NCBI GenBank assembly: GCA_030153785.1
Contig: JASKLF010000005.1
Coordinates: forward strand, 1 to 64,000
Source of the DNA: a bacterium
GTDB lineage: Bacteria > Synergistota > GBS-1
Reading direction: 5' to 3'
DNA length: 64,000 nucleotides
The position numbers were made by a program, and so were the translations under genes. This document shows positions 59,912 through 64,000 of the stretch, in pieces (within the stretch, counting starts at the first letter, position 1; every line of letters starts with the position of its first letter). A model generated the notes under the pieces. The model saw nothing but the letters and a program-made list of their open reading frames with translations. It did no database searches and had not been told where the DNA came from.

Positions 59912-61354
59912 TTAGAATTCGTATGCTCCAATATCGGGTTGCGCATCGCGAGGCTTATTTTCTAAATCTACTGTTGGGGCATCTTGCGTTGTTCCCGCAT
60001 TAATTGCTGGGCTACCAGCTTGCAGGTGATAATCTCCCTCCGTTCCCCATGCGGGATTTACAAATAACGGATCGCCATAGATATTTCCGCTACCTAAGTT
60101 TCCAATGTTTGTAGAGTTATACTCGGTATTACCATGTATCAATACCCTTTGGCTTTGTGGCATGTAAAAAAGGTTGTGATCAGCTACCAGGGTGCTGACT
60201 TCGTTGATGTAGATAGGGCAGTCTGGTCCTCGCCCGCTGAATATCGAATTTCTGATGGTTAAGTTAACAGGAATGGTTGGATTATCATACTGAACATACA
60301 TTATATAGTTGTTTCCCAATTCGTCATCAACGGTGACGTTTACGATTTCAAAGCGAGCCCTAACTTGTTCTCCTTGGTCAATTACGATGGCCGCCCAAGG
60401 GGTAGGTGTTGGGTCACCGTCGCCTCTGCCATAGATGAGGGTATTTTCTACACGGCTGTTATCTCCCCAGAGTTTTACTCCATCGCAAGAGTTGTTTGCA
60501 ACGATGCACCTTCGAATTGTGGTGTTGGCTGCTTTTGAATCTAAGCCGTCTCCATAATTATGTTCCGCAATGGTATCTTCAATTATAATGGGTCCGTTGG
60601 AGGGTTCTATTCCGAAACCATCGGGACGGTCATAGGGGCGGTTTGAACCATCGCCTCCTTGATAGTAATGACCACTATAGGATAGTGAACACCCTTGTAT
60701 AGTCACATTCTGCCATCCTCCATGGTCTCCTTGGGGTCCTCCTAAAGCTCCAAAACCACAATATTCTATACGACAGTTAATAATTTGCAAATCTTCCACG
60801 TCCTTTATATCCATTCCAAATTCATCTATGTGATGAATATACAGGTCTTGTAATAGGATATGAGCTGCTGGTTCATCAAGTATGCTTATTCCCTCTCGGA
60901 ACCAGAGATCCTGTCCAGTAGCGGTATCGTCATGGGTAATTTCAAGGTTCTCTATACGAACATATTGAGCGCCAGAAAGGTCAAAGGCAGCTCTAAGGTT
61001 ATTTCGTCCCACCAAGACTGGGCGATTTCCCTCTTCCCCTCGTATGGTGACCCAAGCGGAAGATGTTCCCGAATTTGGAATAATAACATCTTCTTCCTCC
61101 CTTAAGACATAACGGCCTCCCAGTATTATGAGTGTATCGCCGGGTTGAAGCATTCTCGCACCATAGGCGGGGGTAGCCCACGGTTGATCTCGGGTACCTG
61201 GGTTGCTATTGTTTCCGTTTGGAGAAACATAGTAGACGTTGTTTGAAGGAGGTGGAGGAGCTTCGCCACTCGATGTTGCGCCGCCACCGCATCCGAACAT
61301 CGATAAGGCTAAGGCTAAGCTTAGCAAGGTGATGACGATACCCCTCATTTTCAC
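59912..61354 (-). CDS. Lipoprotein with right-handed beta-helix (pectate-lyase-like) repeats
   Basis: Lipobox MFGC, YYVSPNG, parallel beta-helix repeats, DYHL..GSPAI...DIGAYE tail. Confidence 0.78.
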   Translation of the reverse strand: MKMRGIVITLLSLALALSMFGCGGGATSSGEAPPPPSNNVYYVSPNGNNSNPGTRDQPWATPAYGARMLQPGDTLIILGGRYVLREEEDVIIPNSGTSSAWVTIRGEEGNRPVLVGRNNLRAAFDLSGAQYVRIENLEITHDDTATGQDLWFREGISILDEPAAHILLQDLYIHHIDEFGMDIKDVEDLQIINCRIEYCGFGALGGPQGDHGGWQNVTIQGCSLSYSGHYYQGGDGSNRPYDRPDGFGIEPSNGPIIIEDTIAEHNYGDGLDSKAANTTIRRCIVANNSCDGVKLWGDNSRVENTLIYGRGDGDPTPTPWAAIVIDQGEQVRARFEIVNVTVDDELGNNYIMYVQYDNPTIPVNLTIRNSIFSGRGPDCPIYINEVSTLVADHNLFYMPQSQRVLIHGNTEYNSTNIGNLGSGNIYGDPLFVNPAWGTEGDYHLQAGSPAINAGTTQDAPTVDLENKPRDAQPDIGAYEF

Positions 61355-61625
61355 TCACCCCCTTTCGCTTTGGATATTGTAATGCAATTTTATACATTAT
61401 AGCTCTGTATGTAAAGTTATTCAATTATATATATAATTAACAGTTTTTGAACTTATGGATGGAAGGGAAAGGATAGCTTGTACGGGGGGATATTATCGCT
61501 TTTAGATTGCCAGTATTTTATTTGTTATGAATGGATATTTCTGTGACTCGGAATTTCAAGGAGACTTGAGGCTTTTTAATCTTATGGGGGTGATATGTAA
61601 GTTGTGGAGGTGGGATGCTGGAACT

Positions 61626-62384
61626 TTATTCTCCTATGTAATCTCTTGCCCTTTTACAGGTCTCATAGAATAAGAGGGTGTCAACATTATAGGCTACATA
61701 GTTTAGCCCTAAGGAAAACCATTCTTTTACATCGTCAAGGTCTACAGAGAAGGTCCCCACATATACTCCTTTTTCCTTTGCCTTGTTGGCCATTTCCTTT
61801 AAGGCCTTTCTAACTAAGGGGTTGTGCACTTCCCCTGGGAGTCCTAAGGACACGGATAGGTCAAAGGGGCCGAGCATTACCGCGTCTATATAAGGCACGC
61901 TTATTATTTCGTCAAAGTTTTTAACTCCTTCTTTTCCTTCGACAAGAAGAATGACCGAGGTTTTATCGTTTGCGGTTCTTAAGTAATTGGGGTCTCCAGC
62001 TCCGTATTTGTTCGCCCTTACGCTTGGGCAGGCTCCTCTTATACCGATAGGTCCATATTTTGAGGCTTTAACTGCCTTTTCCGCATCCTCTTTAGAGGAT
62101 ATCCCGGGGATTATTACGGCTGAAGCTCCTATATCGAGGGCCTTAAGTATGGCTGTATTGGAGTTTTCCGGAACCCTCACTATTGGTGTTATTCCCGCTG
62201 CGTCTGCAGCTCTTACAAGGTTTAATGCTACCTCTATATCGAAGGGACCATGCTCCATGTCTATTATCACGAGGTCGAAGCCTGAGTAGCCTATTATTTC
62301 AACTATTTCTTCGCTTCTCGATTGAACGAACATCCCTAAAAGCCTTTTTCCCGATGCCTTTAGCTCCTTGAAGCTTTTAAACAT
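61626..62384 (-). CDS. HpcH/HpaI-family aldolase
   Basis: IDMEHG, ALDIGA, G-RG and GPFDLS motifs. Confidence 0.88.
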   Translation of the reverse strand: MFKSFKELKASGKRLLGMFVQSRSEEIVEIIGYSGFDLVIIDMEHGPFDIEVALNLVRAADAAGITPIVRVPENSNTAILKALDIGASAVIIPGISSKEDAEKAVKASKYGPIGIRGACPSVRANKYGAGDPNYLRTANDKTSVILLVEGKEGVKNFDEIISVPYIDAVMLGPFDLSVSLGLPGEVHNPLVRKALKEMANKAKEKGVYVGTFSVDLDDVKEWFSLGLNYVAYNVDTLLFYETCKRARDYIGE

Positions 62385-62400
62385 ATTAGAAAAACCCCCT

Positions 62401-63246
62401 TTAATAGCCTCTCAGTTTTCTTAAGGTGGCCAAATTTATGGTGTCCCAGTTACCTTCTTTTGGTGTTTCCAAAATCATCGGTATCCCTTTAAAGTTCTCA
62501 TCGTTTAATATAAGAGAGAAGGCTTTTTCTCCTATAAATCCCTTGCCTATATGGGCATGTCGGTCAAGCTTGCTTCCCAGCGGGCTTGCGGAGTCGTTTA
62601 AGTGAAACGCGAATAAAAAGCTCACCCCAATTATTCTGTTGAAATATTTCATCGTGTTCCTGTAGCCATGTTCTGTTGATATATCATAACCTGAGGCAAA
62701 TATGTGGGCTGTATCGATACAAACTCCTAATCTGTCTTCTTTTCCTACAAGGCTCATTATTTCGGCTAAGTGGTCGAGCCTGTGTCCTATGTTGTTTCCT
62801 TGACCCGAGGTGGTTTCAAGAAGTATTCTTGTTGAGGTTCCGGAGGTATCCTCTAAGACTATTTTTAGGGCATCAGCAATTCTCCTTATCCCCCACCTTT
62901 CTCCCTTTCCCTTGTGAGACCCAGGGTGCATAACTAAGTATGGGATACCGAGCTCATCGCATCTTTTAACTTCCTCTATCAGGGCTGTTATAGATTTTTC
63001 ATAGTTCACCCTGTCTGGAGATGCTAAGTTTATCAAATAAGAGGTGTGAGCCACTATCTTCTTTATATTGCTTTTTTTCCATTCGCTGTAAAACATCTCC
63101 ACATCGAGGGCGGTGAGCTTTTTTCCGAACCATTGAAGCTGATTTTTGGTGAAAATCTGGATGGCTTCGCATTTAAGTGCCTCTCCTCGCTCTATTGCCT
63201 TCCATATTCCCCCCGATATGGACATGTGCGCGCCTATTAAGCTCAT
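62401..63246 (-). CDS. nfo: Endonuclease IV
   Basis: GAHMSI, HTSYLINL, HPGS, DTAH, HLNDS, DRH and ETP motifs. Confidence 0.93.
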   Translation of the reverse strand: MSLIGAHMSISGGIWKAIERGEALKCEAIQIFTKNQLQWFGKKLTALDVEMFYSEWKKSNIKKIVAHTSYLINLASPDRVNYEKSITALIEEVKRCDELGIPYLVMHPGSHKGKGERWGIRRIADALKIVLEDTSGTSTRILLETTSGQGNNIGHRLDHLAEIMSLVGKEDRLGVCIDTAHIFASGYDISTEHGYRNTMKYFNRIIGVSFLFAFHLNDSASPLGSKLDRHAHIGKGFIGEKAFSLILNDENFKGIPMILETPKEGNWDTINLATLRKLRGY

Positions 63247-63748
63247 CTATAACATCTTTCCTTTCCAAAAGCTTACTTAATATTCTTGCAGTTGCTCCCC
63301 AAATTCTATAACCCCTCCAATTGTAAACAGGATAGGATATCTCCCTTCCTCTTACTACCGTGCTTTCCATTTTTAGTGGCAAAGATAAAAGCTCGTCAAA
63401 AGGCAAAACTATGATTTCCTTCACCTCCTTCTCGTTCCTTTTTAAGTCTAAGTCGTTTTTTATCAATCCTACGAAGGGCTTGATTAGATAGCTACTTACA
63501 TAGGCCATTTCGTCCTGAAGCTCTGCGATTATTTCCACGGCATCCTTGTTTAACCCTATTTCCTCTTCTGCTTCCCTTAAGGCGGTTTCTAAAAGGTTCT
63601 CCTTTTCTTCCTGCCTTCCTCCCGGGAAGCATATCTGTCCCCCATGCTGGCTTAGGTTTTGATTCCTCAGCGTTAGTATCAGGTGTAACCTATTGTCTTT
63701 GATAATAAAAGGAATTAGAACTGCGGCTTTCTTGACTTCGCTTCTCAT
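63173..63748 (-). CDS. Nudix CoA pyrophosphatase
   Basis: HGGQICFPGG...ALREAEEEIG Nudix box and IWGATA motif. Confidence 0.88.
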   Translation of the reverse strand: MRSEVKKAAVLIPFIIKDNRLHLILTLRNQNLSQHGGQICFPGGRQEEKENLLETALREAEEEIGLNKDAVEIIAELQDEMAYVSSYLIKPFVGLIKNDLDLKRNEKEVKEIIVLPFDELLSLPLKMESTVVRGREISYPVYNWRGYRIWGATARILSKLLERKDVIDELNRRAHVHIGGNMEGNRARRGT

Positions 63749-63782
63749 AACCTATATTATACTCCAAAAGGGGGTGAATATC

Positions 63783-64000
63783 TTGTCCTTGGGGTTAGTT
63801 CAAGTTTATACGGGTAACGGTAAGGGTAAAACCACGGCTGCCTTGGGGCTTGCTATGAGGGCTTTAGGTCACGGTTACAAGGCTATAGTAATTCAGTTCA
63901 TGAAAGGGTGGGAATATGGGGAGCTAAGGTCCGCTTCAAAGCTTGGCCTTGAAATTGTCAGGTTTGGAAGGGCTTCTTTTGTGGATAGGAATAATCCGGC
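63783..64000 (+). CDS. cobO: Cob(I)alamin adenosyltransferase CobO/BtuR, 5-prime part (runs off the window)
   Basis: Manual translation: MSLGLVQVYTGNGKGKTTAALGLAMRALGHG...IQFMKG. Confidence 0.9.
   Translation, partial: MSLGLVQVYTGNGKGKTTAALGLAMRALGHGYKAIVIQFMKGWEYGELRSASKLGLEIVRFGRASFVDRNNP

Noticed and set aside
10059..63240. Numerous 60-200 aa antisense or alternate-frame ORFs in the track
   Set aside because: They overlap well-supported genes and lack motifs or RBSs
1..64000. CRISPR array, rRNA or tRNA genes
   Set aside because: No regularly spaced repeats or recognisable tRNA/rRNA sequence; intergenic gaps are short and explained by promoters, terminators and leaders

Overview
64 kb window from what looks like an anaerobic, probably thermophilic bacterium (a Synergist-CTERM-like sorting tail hints at Synergistota; this is inference). 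Bases 1 to ~8080 are a visibly AT-richer mobile/defence island. It carries a fused restriction-methylase with a separate specificity subunit and a HEPN-motif gene wedged between them, a thermonuclease, an ImmA-like peptidase with a divergent HTH gene, a frameshifted sigma-70-like gene with a Cys-rich insert, and a frameshifted primase-polymerase that is fused at ~8081 to a truncated host sodium:solute symporter. The rest is chromosomal metabolism: a LysW amino-group-carrier operon (lysX-lysW-lysX2-lysY-lysZ-lysJ-lysK) behind a Lys-rich leader attenuator; glycosyltransferases; a clostripain-like surface protease; an iolN/nitroreductase/CoA-transferase cluster ending in a truncated tctC; ldh2-gntR-fumarase-malic enzyme; two MCPs; an HD-GYP protein; a racemase-DUF917-DUF1177-AroM-OPT-aminopeptidase cluster; sfsA; abgT plus M20 peptidase; a T-box (probably Arg) before carAB-ndk; hcpR-hcp; nfo; and a partial cobO. 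The most striking observation is a second Lys-rich leader/attenuator in front of a citryl-CoA-lyase/citrate-synthase-fold gene, while the LysW operon lacks the aminoadipate-supplying genes. This suggests an unrecognised entry step into lysine biosynthesis. Several single-base frameshifts fall in homopolymer runs and may be sequencing errors. No rRNA, tRNA or CRISPR array was recognised.
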